A stretch of DNA of 55,232 nucleotides from Octopus bimaculoides (GCF_001194135.2 NC_068992.1:53239702-53294933); one strand, 5' to 3'. Shown: positions 24,270-37,995, counted from the first letter of the stretch. Notes: generated by a model from the sequence alone, not told the origin. Numbers and translations are program-made.

Positions 24270-24560
24270 TGAGACAGCAAAGTCAAGGCTATGTGGAACT
24301 TTCAGGACATTTATAAAGAGAAAGTTAGTCTTACAGCTGTTTCTGGGATATTAGGGATATTCCTTCATCAGAGACAATGTGAAATGGTTAAATAAAGGTA
24401 AATAGTAGAATTCAATACAAAGATTTAATTCGGAAAAAATAAGACGTCTTGTCCGTGGTATGTAAATTCCGATAGGAGTTCATATTTTGTCATTACAAAT
24501 GAAAGTGTGGAGACGTAGATTCCATGTGCTGTTCATTCAAAGGGGTCTCGTTGTGTGAGT
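24270..24560 (-). mobile_element. Penelope-like element 3' terminal fragment (pLTR-like)
   Basis: Contains a well-formed minimal hammerhead. The upstream minus-strand frame PLNEQHMEST... weakly resembles the C-terminus of a PLE endonuclease. Cut by the gap at 24575. Confidence 0.55.
24328..24375 (-). ncRNA. Minimal type I hammerhead ribozyme (PLE type), apparently intact
   Basis: Minus strand reads GTCT-CTGATGA-a-GGAATAT-cccta-ATATCCC-a-GAAA-CAGCTG-TA-AGAC. Stem I is 4/4 bp, stem II 6/7 bp, stem III is the palindrome ACAGCTGT, the triplet is GUA, and all core nucleotides are present. Confidence 0.8.
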
Positions 24561-25399
24561 ATATATATATATATNNNNNNNNNNNNNNNNNNNNNNNNNN
24601 NNNNNNNNNNNNNNNNNNNNNNNNNNNNNNNNNNNNNNNNNNNNNNNNNNNNNNNNNNNNNNNNNNNNNNNNNNNNNNNNNNNNNNNNNNNNNNNNNNNN
24701 NNNNNNNNNNNNNNNNNNNNNNNNNNNNNNNNNNNNNNNNNNNNNNNNNNNNNNNNNNNNNNNNNNNNNNNNNNNNNNNNNNNNNNNNNNNNNNNNNNNN
24801 NNNNNNNNNNNNNNNNNNNNNNNNNNNNNNNNNNNNNNNNNNNNNNNNNNNNNNNNNNNNNNNNNNNNNNNNNNNNNNNNNNNNNNNNNNNNNNNNNNNN
24901 NNNNNNNNNNNNNNNNNNNNNNNNNNNNNNNNNNNNNNNNNNNNNNNNNNNNNNNNNNNNNNNNNNNNNNNNNNNNNNNNNNNNNNNNNNNNNNNNNNNN
25001 NNNNNNNNNNNNNNNNNNNNNNNNNNNNNNNNNNNNNNNNNNNNNNNNNNNNNNNNNNNNNNNNNNNNNNNNNNNNNNNNNNNNNNNNNNNNNNNNNNNN
25101 ACACGCATATATGTCTGTGTATACACATACCTACGTGTTCTGTTAGAGGGATCGTTAATGTTGTACACAAGTTTTATTCAGAAAACTGAATAACAATATC
25201 TGATATGTTTTAAAATCAATATATTTTGTGCTACTTCCCTATGTGTGCTGCTTTTCCAATTATTGGGAATAATGCAATATTCTTATATCCATTTTCAAGA
25301 TTTCCGGAGGTCATCTAATGCAAGATACTGACTTTAATTAGGTTTTTATTTTCTTTTATACGTTTGTTTTTAATCCTGTTTCAGGTTGCAGTGGAAGGT

Positions 25400-25985
25400 C
25401 TATGGCAATAAAGGCTCATGTCTTCTGAAAAAGTATACACAATTCAGACAATGTATATTTCAAACTATATCGTTTATCCATCAATCCAATTTTTCAACCC
25501 ATTATTCCTAGGAGAATGGCAGCATAGTGTCCTCAGAGACATTTTGTATAGTCCCCTATCAGAAGCAATCATCATTACAATTTTTGCCCAGAATCGCAAG
25601 CGTGACCAACTGAGATATTATCTATCCTCATCATTTTTGGCTCATTTTCCTATTAGCTGGCTCAGCTTAAAGAGACTGATCTCGCTATTTTTTCCTGTGA
25701 ATTTCAGACCACATATCCGTATTATCTGAGTTGTGACCTGTGAATGTGGAGATGTAGCAGATCGACCCAGATAAATGCCTTGATTCTCGAGCTTAACACC
25801 TCCTGGCAATACTCACGCAATTTTTCGGAAACCCACTGTAAAGTGAATATCGGGCCAGTTGTACTCAATCCAGGACGGAAATTACACTAGTTCCCTGCAT
25901 TCTTTTTTTCAGAAATCCTCCTTAGACTTCACCGGGGCGGTCCAACTAGAAATTACCCTGTCATTAGATCATTCTCTCTTACACT
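25400..25985 (-). mobile_element. RTE-clade LINE reverse transcriptase remnant
   Basis: Minus strand reads CNFRPGLSTTGPIFTLQWVSEKLREY (from 25886), like QCGFRPGRSTTDQIFTLxQxxEKxxEY. Upstream it reads NDRVIS and RPGEV (like NYRGISLLSLPGKV); downstream SRLRFWAKIVMMIASDRGL (like LLFADDLVLLASSxxGL). Confidence 0.7.
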
Positions 25986-27421
25986 TCTTTTTAAAATTAT
26001 ATCACGTGTTATAACCTTTTTTTTTTTTTTTGAAAGATTTGTGATTTTCAAAAATAAACTGAGCATTTCTCACATGCTATAAAATTTCGAACATATATTA
26101 TGTACCATGTTTAGTCCATGATCAACCCAGTCGTAGATCGCAGATTAATCTAGCATTTCATGATGTTTATAGGAACGGTCAATGTTGTTTTAATGATGTT
26201 GTTTTAACGATATTGGCCGTTACTGACACGGTTAAAATGTTTCGGATTTCGTTGTCTCCTTAGTGGCTTACACAAAATATTGCGATACAGATTAAATATT
26301 TTCAGATTTGCAATAATAACATTATCACTAACATATAATCATTCGCATGCTTGCTATTTATTAGGAAACTGCATCGAAGTGTACCGCATACATGACAATA
26401 TTAGTATAAAACCAAGAACAATTTAAACCCTTTGTAATACATTTATTATGCACGTTTCGTGGGGTTACATATCACCTTGTTACGAAAGTAAAATTCTGGC
26501 CACCCGATTTTAAGCTTATTACATCGTTTGAATCAAATTATATGCAATAGATTGAAATACAACGTGACATGTTGAATTTCATTATATTATGCTATATTTG
26601 AAATTTATAATACCGAAACTTTAAGCAATTTTACATTTCCTAACGCTTTTAAATATACGCTATGCACTCATATTAAAAACGTACAAACATAGAACCCGTG
26701 TCGCTTTTTCTCCTCAAAATATTATATTAATTTCTACGAATCCATGCAAATGGCAACCCATGTATGCTTTGTTCGTCATGTATGAATCTAATTACATTAA
26801 TTTGACACGTTCTCACAGAATGATAGGAAACCAACAAACATGAAATTCATATACTTATGACACCACCCCAAGAACTACTAAATGCCTACTCACCAACTTT
26901 TAATATTTCTTCCTAACTTTCATCATTTTTCATTGCTTTTCTCTGCGTAGAGGCTGCTGTAGCTACATTATCTGCAGTCAATCATCGAGACTGTGGCTGT
27001 TCATGGCTCCAGCATGACGTATAACTAAACGAATGTATTTAACTCGATGATTTTATACATGTGTCTCAATTTCTGTCTCAGTGTATGTATACACACATAC
27101 ATATGTGTATGTGTGTGCTAGTGTTTAGTGAAATGATCGAAGAAATTAACCACGTGCTGAAAATAGTAAAACTAAAATGGAAAATTCAATGAAATATTTA
27201 TATTGAAAAATATGCTTATGAAGTAAGATATTTACAACGTCAAACGGTATCGGTTTATTTTTTTTTTTTTTGGAGAGAGGTTAATCACGACTGAACTGTT
27301 GCTACCTTTTTTACTTGTAGTCATTCGATGTTGATGTATGATGAGATATTTTGCGAAAAACACTCAATGAACGTTTGCATCAATATGTTATATGCGTGTT
27401 TATGTTTGCGCATACATATAC

Positions 27422-27476
<55 letters not shown>

Positions 27477-28715
27477 TATATGTATATATGTATACATGTA
27501 TATAGATTTGTGTGCATGTGTCTGTGTCTGTGTCGGTGTATGTGTTGGCTGTCTATTTGCATCTGATTCATACCATTTTTTTGTTCACATTTTGACTTCG
27601 AAAATGACGAAGGACATTGTAAATTGTAACAGGCGATGGTGCATTAGGGCGTGCGACTAAATTTTCGCGACTGCTCGCACTATTCGAAAAATTTCACATA
27701 ATAAAATGCGCAGAATAACTGTGCTTCATTGTTGCAGAAATTCAAATGATTGAAGGGTAAATTCATTGATTCTTTCTGGATTGAATTATTTTAAATCCTG
27801 AGATGCGCTCTATTTGGTAACAGAAAAGCAATTTATTTCGATTTGCCGAAGTGGAACTGAAGGAAATAGGATCAGAATCAGTTTGGTTGCTCAGAACACT
27901 ACCCAAATAACATTCGTATCGATGAAAGCATTTGTAGTGAATGTGGTGTGCACTGAACTAACACCAAATCATTGTCTGGATGACATTGTACAAATCAATC
28001 GATAAAGCTGAAAGCTAGGGCGTTTCATACCAAACCCTGTATATACAGATTTAAACAGATTTAATTTACCAGTAATACTACTGTCTCAAATGTGGGAAGA
28101 AGGAAGGAGGCACTTGTATACCGAAGTAAAATGGCGAATGGTCATCGACATAAAAATGTAGAAATAGTGGCTGAGAGTTGCCTTGTTCAATCAATGTTTT
28201 GTCGTTTGGATTATGTAGATTTGAGGTGTATGATGATAAATCGGTATATATTTATGTCTTTATACATAGATGCTCACAAAATGGTTGAAAGCTATGTGTA
28301 GAGTTACGGAATTGTATTTATAGCAACTGTTTCCTCCATAGCAGCGTAGCCTTATTTTGAAATTAAAAAAGTACTCAGAGATCCTTGTCTGAACTGGCGC
28401 TAAATAATTATCGGTAAACAATGCGTTTAACAAGTATCATAATGTGAGTGTAATTGACCTGAACATTGGTAATTACAATAAACCATACCAACGAGTTCAA
28501 AAGCAAAATTACTCTGAAAAACATTTTGAAATTAACACATAAACACATAAAGATATTTAACGGAAAGGCATTTGTTAATGAGCAATTTTTCTCCTTTATT
28601 ATCTGAATTCCTAATATGCATTAGCACTCGTTCGTATTCACAACACGCACTACACATATATCTACATTTACTTATATGAATGAATATACACACTTTAAAT
28701 ATCTACATGTACATT

Positions 28716-28759
<44 letters not shown>

Positions 28760-29299
28760 CATACATATATATACTTCTAATATAAAGATAATGTTTTATT
28801 AAGAAATTTTAGCAGTGACGAGCATATGAAAAATACCATTTAAGGTGAAAATTATACGAAAAAGGGCAAAAAGTGAAAAAAAAAACCTTTCCCACGATGC
28901 TGAAGACGGACGCTAAATCGTCTAACCACATAAAATATTTTCACTTATATTATTACTCAACGTGGGGAAACGAGAAAAGCAAGCTAAAACAAATTCATAA
29001 AAATATAGTTGTACACACAGGCATGTAGATATAAATATATACGTGTGTTTGTGTGTGTACGCGTGTGTGTTTGTGTGCCTGTATGTGTGAGTGTTGTACA
29101 TTTGCGCCTGGACAAGACGGTGACACAAATAAAGAGAATTGTCCAATAAAAATGTAGTCATTAATTGCAATTATAAATTTTCTGGTTAGATTTGAGTTAC
29201 AGTACTAGCAGCGAGGTATATATTTGAGCAGCAATAATATACCCTAGATTTAATAAATGCATGCCCGCATACACACACACACACTTGTACATATATGTG

Positions 29300-29359
<60 letters not shown>

Positions 29360-30770
29360 CATACATACATGATACATACATACATGCATATATTCATACA
29401 CATATACTGAAGCGTGTTTGTGCACTAATGTGTGTGTATGTGCTTCGTATGTGATTTGATGTGCCTGTGTGCTTATGAGTACGTTAGCTATCACCATTCG
29501 CATGATGTTGCGTGAAAAAGTGAAATCTTCATGTCAGTCTTGCGAGTATTTCACCAGTTTCGCTACGTGAAATTTAAGCGTATTCTTGCACTTACATTTC
29601 GGATTGAAATGGAGAAATATCATAACAGCATGTAAAAATAAAAACAAAAAAAGAAACTTAATATAACTTTTGGTACCTCTGTTACGATGTAATTTAAAAG
29701 AAATGCATTAAGCATGTTCGAAAATAGTGTTTTTTTTTTTTTTTTTGTAAGTTCATGCAACCATTTGACGCGGTCACACAAACACCCTTCGTATTTGGTG
29801 TCTTCATTAAGATATTTAAATCAAGGGACTAGTGATGAACACCCCCCAACCAACTCCATAAAACCATCTCTCTCTTATCTGACGCGGAATTTGCAGTAAT
29901 TCACAGTTATTTCCACATACATAGTCACGCATCTTTTGTAAAGGTTTTCAAGAATTTTCTTCGACTTTGATACTTTCTATTTCCGGAATTGTTCCAACCA
30001 CGAGTGCTGCTCTTATCACCAGTATTAACCAGTATTGATTTCTTGTTACTGTTGCTGTCGCCTCTTTTAGTCTCTTTCTACTTTTATATTTTGTTTTTTT
30101 CTTTTGCTGTGTACAACTGTTATTCCTCTAGATAGTGTTATAGGTGTTATTCTGTATTATTATTGTTGTTTATTGTTGTTTCCGCTCTTTTTAATGCCGA
30201 TACTGATTATGAAGCAGAGGACGTTAACTTCCTTTTTTTTCAAAAAAAAAAGAAGAAAAAAATGAAACACATCTAAATACATTTAGATTCATGCTTGGAT
30301 AAATTGAATTCATTTTATAACACAACGCGACTTCTGTCTAAAGAAAATTTTCAGTTGTACAGAGGAAGGAATATCTAAGTAGAGTATTGCCGAAAACATT
30401 CAAGTTTTCTTCCAGAAGTAGAAATTTAAAAGAAAAAGAAAAATTATCAAGTAACTATTCAGGCTTAATTTTATTTTGAAAATGTTATTTCCTACCAAGA
30501 TCAGCTGACATGCTCTTCGTCATTTAGATATTATAATTCTTCATAGAACTTCGTGGACCTGCTCGGTTCAATGGCTCAATGCTCATTTCTTCTTTTATAG
30601 TTGATCATATTAAGTAGCTGAGGTCAGAAAAATACGCTTTCTGTGGTGTATGACTTCAGACTGTATGGATATCTTTTTAGTTGAATAACATTGAATATAT
30701 GTTAAGCAACGAAAGAATCCCAAGAAAATTTTACCATCCAGCATATTCTCAAAATCATCTCGCAATGTAT

Positions 30771-30771
30771 A

Positions 30772-30815
<44 letters not shown>

Positions 30816-30924
30816 CGCGCGTGTGTATGAGTGTGTGTGTGTGTGCGCGCGCGTGTGTATGAGTGTGTGTGTGTGTGCGCGCGCGTGTGTATGAGTGTGT
30901 GTGTGTGTGCGCGCGCGTGTGTAT

Positions 30925-30958
<34 letters not shown>
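30771..30958. repeat. Higher-order 32-bp tandem repeat built from (GT)n/(GC)n
   Basis: The marker TATGAG recurs at 30826, 30858, 30890 and 30922 (exact 32-bp period), embedded in (GT)n. Confidence 0.9.
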
Positions 30959-30960
<2 letters not shown>

Positions 30961-31608
30961 AGGAATATTGAGGTAAACATATACACTACTGTCCCATAGC
31001 AACATGAACACTCGATTGCATGTCTGATTAAACAGTCACTAACAACTTGGTAGTTGGATGTTTATAAAGACAATTATGTGGGTCACGGTGTAAACTTGGC
31101 AATCTGGACTGGACCTAACAATATTTATCATCGTTAAAATTACACAAATATTGTTTACAAAGTATCAGAAGTTAGATAGGTTTACTGCTAAAAAGAGCAG
31201 TACACTGTATCATCATTGAAGGCCAGGTTTCCTAACTTGAGACATCTTGTATCACAGTACTCTCTCACAGCTAATTTGGTAAACGTTTTGTAATATCCAA
31301 AGGTCCATTCTAAGCGGAGTATGAGGATACGCGTGGACGGAAAATGTCGCTGAAAAGGTCACATAAGATAAATGAGAACAGTAATAAGAACAGTAAGGAA
31401 TGACTGAAGAACGAATATATAGTGCGTGTTTATTTGGCAAAAGACAAAAATGACAATCTCGAAATATAACAAAATCTGTTTCAGCACATGGCTTCAGATC
31501 AGGAATCTTGCAATAGAAACGTATGTGTGTGAGTGTATATATGTGTGTGTGAGTGAGAGAAAGTGTGTATGTATGTATGTGTATACAATAACACAGATGG
31601 GTTGAGGT

Positions 31609-31701
31609 TCACTACAGCTGTTTCAGGCGTGTTTTTTATTGCTGAAAAAAAAGCGTTACATCATGCAAATAAAAAAAGTAATACATGCTTTCTTCAGGTC
31701 A
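31609..31701 (-). ncRNA. Hammerhead ribozyme motif with extended stem II
   Basis: Minus strand reads TGAC-CTGAAGA-AAGCATGT-attac-TTTTTTTATTTGC-(22 nt)-GCAATAAAAA-ACACGCCT-GAAA-CAGCTG-TA-GTGA. The core is intact, stem I is 3/4 bp and proximal stem II is 6/8 bp. GAAACAGCTGTA is identical to the 24328 motif. Confidence 0.65.
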
Positions 31702-31959
31702 ATAAAGAGAAAATATAGCTGTTAGAATTCTTCACAAAAGAGTAAATAGTGTAAAATGACACCATAAACCAGGTTATGGCTTGAAAAGTGAATATTGGAA
31801 TTTCTTACATTTTTTTTTTTCATGGTGATATATTAGAAAACTGGTTCGAGAGACTAGAATAAGGGGAGAAATTAAAGGGGAAAGTAGCATGTGCGCTATT
31901 CCCGACTCTACCTATATATTTTTTATATATAAATACCTGATCTATTGATAGATAGATAC

Positions 31960-32025
<66 letters not shown>

Positions 32026-32451
32026 TGAGAGTGAGAAGGAAACAGAAAGAGGGAAAACGAGAGAGAGAGAATTATTAATAATGAAGAGTATGGAAACTTG
32101 TACATCCACAAAATTTATTTTATAATTCTATACAGCATTTTACAATAACCTACGTGTATGTACATGTCTCCATTTTTCTTATCATTAATCATATTAAGAC
32201 ACTCAAGGCAATTTTTACTGTCCTGCAAAGAGTTCACGGAATTAGCCATCGGAAAAAACTCACGGAACGACTAGCAACAGACGTTAAATACGATTGAGGG
32301 GATTAGCCGTTTGCTGGAATTTAACGTAGAGCTAATGCGTGTTCGCCCGTATAATATATACCTCTAAACTCACATTTATACGTATGTGTGTGAGTGTGTG
32401 TATATGTGTGTGTGTGCGCGTGTGTGTATATCTATGAAGAAGATGATGATT

Positions 32452-32494
<43 letters not shown>

Positions 32495-33385
32495 GACAGG
32501 CAGTGAGAGAGTGAGGTTGTGCCTATAGAATAGTTTCGTTGCACGAAGCTATTATAATGTAATCTCGTGTCGGTTCCGTTTATTTTATTCGTAATTCATT
32601 TTGCGTATCATAGTAAATGTTTGTTGATTTTTGCAACTCCTTCAATTATATTCCGTTTTTCTTAAAACTCCTTAATGATTCAATTATAAATACCCTCCCG
32701 CACATACGTCTCAGTAAAAAAAATTTTTTTATCTGATGAACAAGATATTTGATACTATTGGTTTTAGATTTTATATTCTTTTACCATACACCATTTAACT
32801 TGGCATGTTTATCTAACCCAAATTCCGACTTATATATTAAGATTAATTATTTTTATATAAGTAAGTGTGAAATAATTCTGACCTATTTAAATGAAAGTAT
32901 ATTGAAAACGCCCACTCTGCATTATTTTTCATTATTGCATACAAACCAATATAGTAAATTACATATTCATTGGGTTATTTACATATTTCTTTGTATTTGA
33001 TGTCAGTCCATCTTTCACGTGAGAGCCTCAGTAGAGTGCTAGACCACAAAATAGAGTTGTTAAGGCATCAATATAAGATTAAAACGTTGAAGTAAAGAAT
33101 ATAGATGTGTGCTATGTCCAATCGTTTGGCAGACGCCCTGCACTTCATAAAGCGGCTAATCTAGAATCGATATTATGCTAAAAAAAAACCCTATGCAGAT
33201 CCGTCACACGAACACATCTAATCACACGCGCAGAGACACACACACACTCATATACACGCAAATCGACGCCTGTACACGAGTACGTTCATATGTGTATGAT
33301 TGGGTGTGTATCAATTATACTAATATATATCTATATATATATATATATGTGTGTGTGTCTGTGTGTGTGTGTGTGTGTGTGCCTA

Positions 33386-33424
<39 letters not shown>

Positions 33425-34153
33425 TTATATATATATATATATATATATATACATACATATATACTTATATATATAAATAGATACATACATACATGGTACA
33501 TACATACATACATAAATACATACATACATACATACATACATACATACATACATACATACATACATACATACATACAAAGAGAGAGAGAAAGAGACGGTTG
33601 AAAAGTAACACACGAGTTGATATGTATGAGGAAAATAGGACAGGACAGAAAATGATAAAATAATTTTCTCATGAAGAACATTTTGGTACCGGTTTCTGTC
33701 TTTGCGATAAAAAGAGACACAGAAAAAGGAAAATGTCCACCTATTTGAAAACTATCGGAATATTAAAAAAAAACCATTCCATTCAATTTTTCCATAATTT
33801 AATTGTTTTTCATGCTTTACTCAAAGTAAGTAAAGATTCAAATGAAGTAGCACTGAAAAGGGTTTTAATCCGTTCACTGTGATATAGAATTTAGGAGAAA
33901 ATACCAATAAGGCTTGTGTACGAAAATCGTGAAGCATATTGCGTAACAACAGGCTAATCGGATATGAGGGATAATAACAATTGAAAGGAAATAACTCTGA
34001 AAAGGGCTTTCGTGCGTTCCCGTTAATATAACCCTTAGGGGCGCTAGTGTTGAAATAGATTTACAATGAAAGAAAATGGTACTGAAATATTTTTCTTGTT
34101 AAAATTATTCTAACATTTTCTCTCTTTTTCCTATATTCTGTATATATACATAC

Positions 34154-34213
<60 letters not shown>

Positions 34214-34657
34214 NNNNNNNNNNNNNNNNNNNNNNNNNNNNNNNNNNNNNNNNNNNNNNNNNNNNNNNNNNNNNNNNNNNNNNNNNNNNNNNNNNNNNNN
34301 NNNNNNNNNNNNNNNNNNNNNNNNNNNNNNNNNNNNNNNNNNNNNNNNNNNNNNNNNNNNNNNNNNNNNNNNNNNNNNNNNNNNNNNNNNNNNNNNNNNN
34401 NNNNNNNNNNNNNNNNNNNNNNNNNNNNNNNNNNNNNNNNNNNNNNNNNNNNNNNNNNNNNNNNNNNNNNNNNNNNNNNNNNNNNNNNNNNNNNNNNNNN
34501 NNNNNNNNNNNNNNNNNNNNNNNNNNNNNNNNNNNNNNNNNNNNNNNNNNNNNNNNNNNNNNNNNNNNNNNNNNNNNNNNNNNNNNNNNNNNNNNNNNNN
34601 NNNNNNNNNNNNNNNNNNNNNNNNNNNNNNNNNNNNNNNNNNNNNNNNNNNNNNNNN

Positions 34658-34710
<53 letters not shown>

Positions 34711-36034
34711 ATTTATTTAGTTCGTTTTCAAACAAGAAGTCACTTTTATTATAGCATTCTCTATCATATGGCTGACATTTTAAAATAGATTTCAGATAAT
34801 GTTATCATTCACTGTGTAAATGTTCTTAATCTGCATTAGGTATATGAAGGTTGATTGAAGCAATGAAATAGGGATAACATATCTAAGCAACCGTAAAATG
34901 TAGTAGCATGAGAGGTTACTTTACAGTTTCGCAAAGAAGTGTACAGAAGCAGTTTCTTCAGTAAGTCCTATTTGTTAAAATGAAAATACCAACGTAAAGA
35001 ATTTCCGTATTGACTTATGTCAATATTAAAAAAAAAACACACGTTTGTGTTTGTCTCATTTCCTCTCTGTCACTTTATATATATATATAAAGAGACATAT
35101 GTTTGCATATATATATTATCTTATATATATGTGTATGCATGTGTATGCGTAACTGTGTATATATATTTTATGAGATATATACAAATATGTTTATATATAT
35201 TTATTTATTTATTATTTATATTTGTATATTCATATGTATGTGTAGGCATGTATACTATATATCTCCACATATATATAATATGTACGTATGTATGTATGTA
35301 TGTATGTATGTATGTGTGTGTGAGTGTGTGTGTGTATGTGTACGTACATATGTATATGCAAAATTATTTTGGTGTATGCAATTATATTACACTTTCTCTT
35401 TTAGCTAGATTAATAATATATATTTTTTTTTTATTTCGCCATAAAGTATAACTGTATAAAGTTTAAGAATCTAATGTTTATAGATTCTATTATAACTATA
35501 TACATCAAAAATACTGTCAGATAATTTATATATACACATAGAATTTCCACTGCAAAAGTTATAAAGTGCCCCAGGAGAAAATAAACAAATTAACACTCTG
35601 AAGTGAAAAAAAATCGAATGAATTATCATAATGAATTGAATAAATATATATAATACAGATGATGAACGAAAACATGAAACATTATAAAAGTAACAAGAGG
35701 TATATCAGCCATAAGTTCATTTTATAAACTTACTGTAGACGTTGAAGTTCATAGTTCAGTAAAGCGAATCATAACGCAAATCACTCTGGAGTCTTACATA
35801 AAGTAACCAGTGAAGAAATTTCAAATGAGGCTGTGGATTTGTATGAGGTTAATTAGAGTTTATGGTATTGACATATGAAATAAAAGCGAATGTAACAAGT
35901 TTGTGTGTTAAATTATAGAACCAATACGAATGCTGCTTGATGAAATCATCTTCGGTTTTCTGTCGCAGTACACGGTCGCACGTAGAATTATTCACAATTA
36001 CTCAAATCCCCAATTCACAAACTACGTGCAACTC

Positions 36035-36079
<45 letters not shown>

Positions 36080-36209
36080 NNNNNNNNNNNNNNNNNNNNN
36101 NNNNNNNNNNNNNNNNNNNNNNNNNNNNNNNNNNNNNNNNNNNNNNNNNNNNNNNNNNNNNNNNNNNNNNNNNNNNNNNNNNNNNNNNNNNNNNNNNNNN
36201 NNNNNNNNN

Positions 36210-36265
<56 letters not shown>

Positions 36266-36266
36266 A

Positions 36267-36788
36267 CAGTGCGGTGGATAAATTGTCGCCATTTAATTTT
36301 TTAATTTCGTGCATGCGCCGTATTGTTTCTTTTTGATTTTGTCGGCTACACATCATAGTAGGGTCAGTTGGGTACTGTCTGTGAGAAATAGGCACCATGA
36401 CGCCATTCATTCCGCCAGAAATTTCGAAAAAATATGCTGTGCTATTTGGCATTCGCGCCTGAAGCTCCAATACCAATATTTCAAGGTGGTTGGGTGTCAA
36501 TTTGTGGAGAATGCAAACTGAGGACAAAATACAGCGAGTAAAGTTGAACTGAAGGCAAGAATAAAGGCAGAATTCATCAACTTAAACAAGGAGATGGTCC
36601 AGAACAGCTGCAGGAGATTCCGAAGTCGTCTGGAGGCCATGGTTGAAGCCAATGGCAATTTCATTGAATAAATTTACTCTTTAGTATTTAAACATATTTT
36701 TATGTAATTTTGGAATATATATCTATTAAAATGAGATGTTAGCGTTATTTTCAATTCTGCGTTATTTATTTATTCACCTCATCCTGTA
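36267..36788 (+). mobile_element. Internally deleted maT/DD37D-like Tc1/mariner element (non-autonomous)
   Basis: The N-terminus MTPFIPPEISKKYAVLFGIRA*SSNTNISRWLGVNL (ATG at 36397) lies close to the C-terminus ELKARIKAEFINLNKEMVQNSCRRFRSRLEAMVEANGNFIE* (36546-36671). The ends are degenerate and TIR-like (CAGTGCGGTGGATAAAT / ATTTATTCACCTCATCCTG plus TA). The DDE core is absent, so the subfamily is inferred from the termini. Confidence 0.72.
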
Positions 36789-37544
36789 TGTGTGTGTACT
36801 TATGAATACTTGTAAATATACACGCATAAATGTATAAAAACAAGTATATACACACATTTATATATACACAGGAAAGAACGTATGCGTGCATACATGTATA
36901 TTCGTATGTATATTTATATAGCTTCTTGCATTTATATTCATATGTTTTCCTGCATATGAATGTGTGCGTTTGTGTATTAGTATCCTATGTGTGCATGTAA
37001 TGAAAATGCTTTCGTCAAATCGCAAACAATTTGGAGAAGACTTAATCCAGGAGCACTTGATCGGAGTATTCTTAGAAATTCAAGCTCGCTTTCAGAGCTT
37101 CTTCGGTGTGTGTCTACGCTCGGACCTACAAGTTCACTATCTTATATTAACTATTTATACTTTTCACATACAAATGGATAAAACATATCTAGAGTATAGT
37201 GGGTAGTTTATATATATATATATTAGGCATCAGAACTTCATCCGGACTTGTTTCAGTGATCCCAGAGGACTGTGTCTGAAACAGAAATATATGGGATATT
37301 GCTTTAATAAACTTACAGAAGTTATTAAACCGGAAGAATTTAATCCCCTTATATTTTTTCCGGTGCAATACCGAAGCAAGCATCCGATACCACATTTATG
37401 TTTAAATATATCGTTTCTTCTTCCTTTTCAAGTTAACGATTTTCCTTCGTGTCCTCCCCTACTTATTCTTCGCCCATTTTTCGTTTACATCTTCATATTT
37501 TTCTTCTTTTCTGTGTTCTCCACCCCTTTTTCACACATTATCAT

Positions 37545-37568
37545 TATTAATATCAACATCATCATCAC

Positions 37569-37612
<44 letters not shown>

Positions 37613-37823
37613 CCATGAGCATCATCATCATCATCACCAGTAGTAGTAGTAAGATGACAACGCAGCAGAATCCTTACTGCTTAGCTGAATTTTGTCTGCC
37701 GGTAAGTTATGGGTTCAAATGCTGCTGCGGTATCTAATTTTCATCCTTTTGTGGTGGGCCGATAAATAAGTACCAGAGGAGTGGAGGTAATATATTTATT
37801 ATTATCACCACCATCATCACCAC

Positions 37824-37856
<33 letters not shown>

Positions 37857-37928
37857 TATCATTATTATTATTTTTATTTAATATTATTATGATTATTATT
37901 GTTATTATTTTTCTTCTTCTTCTTCTCC

Positions 37929-37995
<67 letters not shown>

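Noticed and set aside
32241-33958. Four GGCTAAT motifs (32241, 32302, 33154, 33952) suggesting a homeodomain-site cluster
   Set aside because: The motif was chosen after the fact, spacing is loose, and there is no conservation or chromatin evidence.
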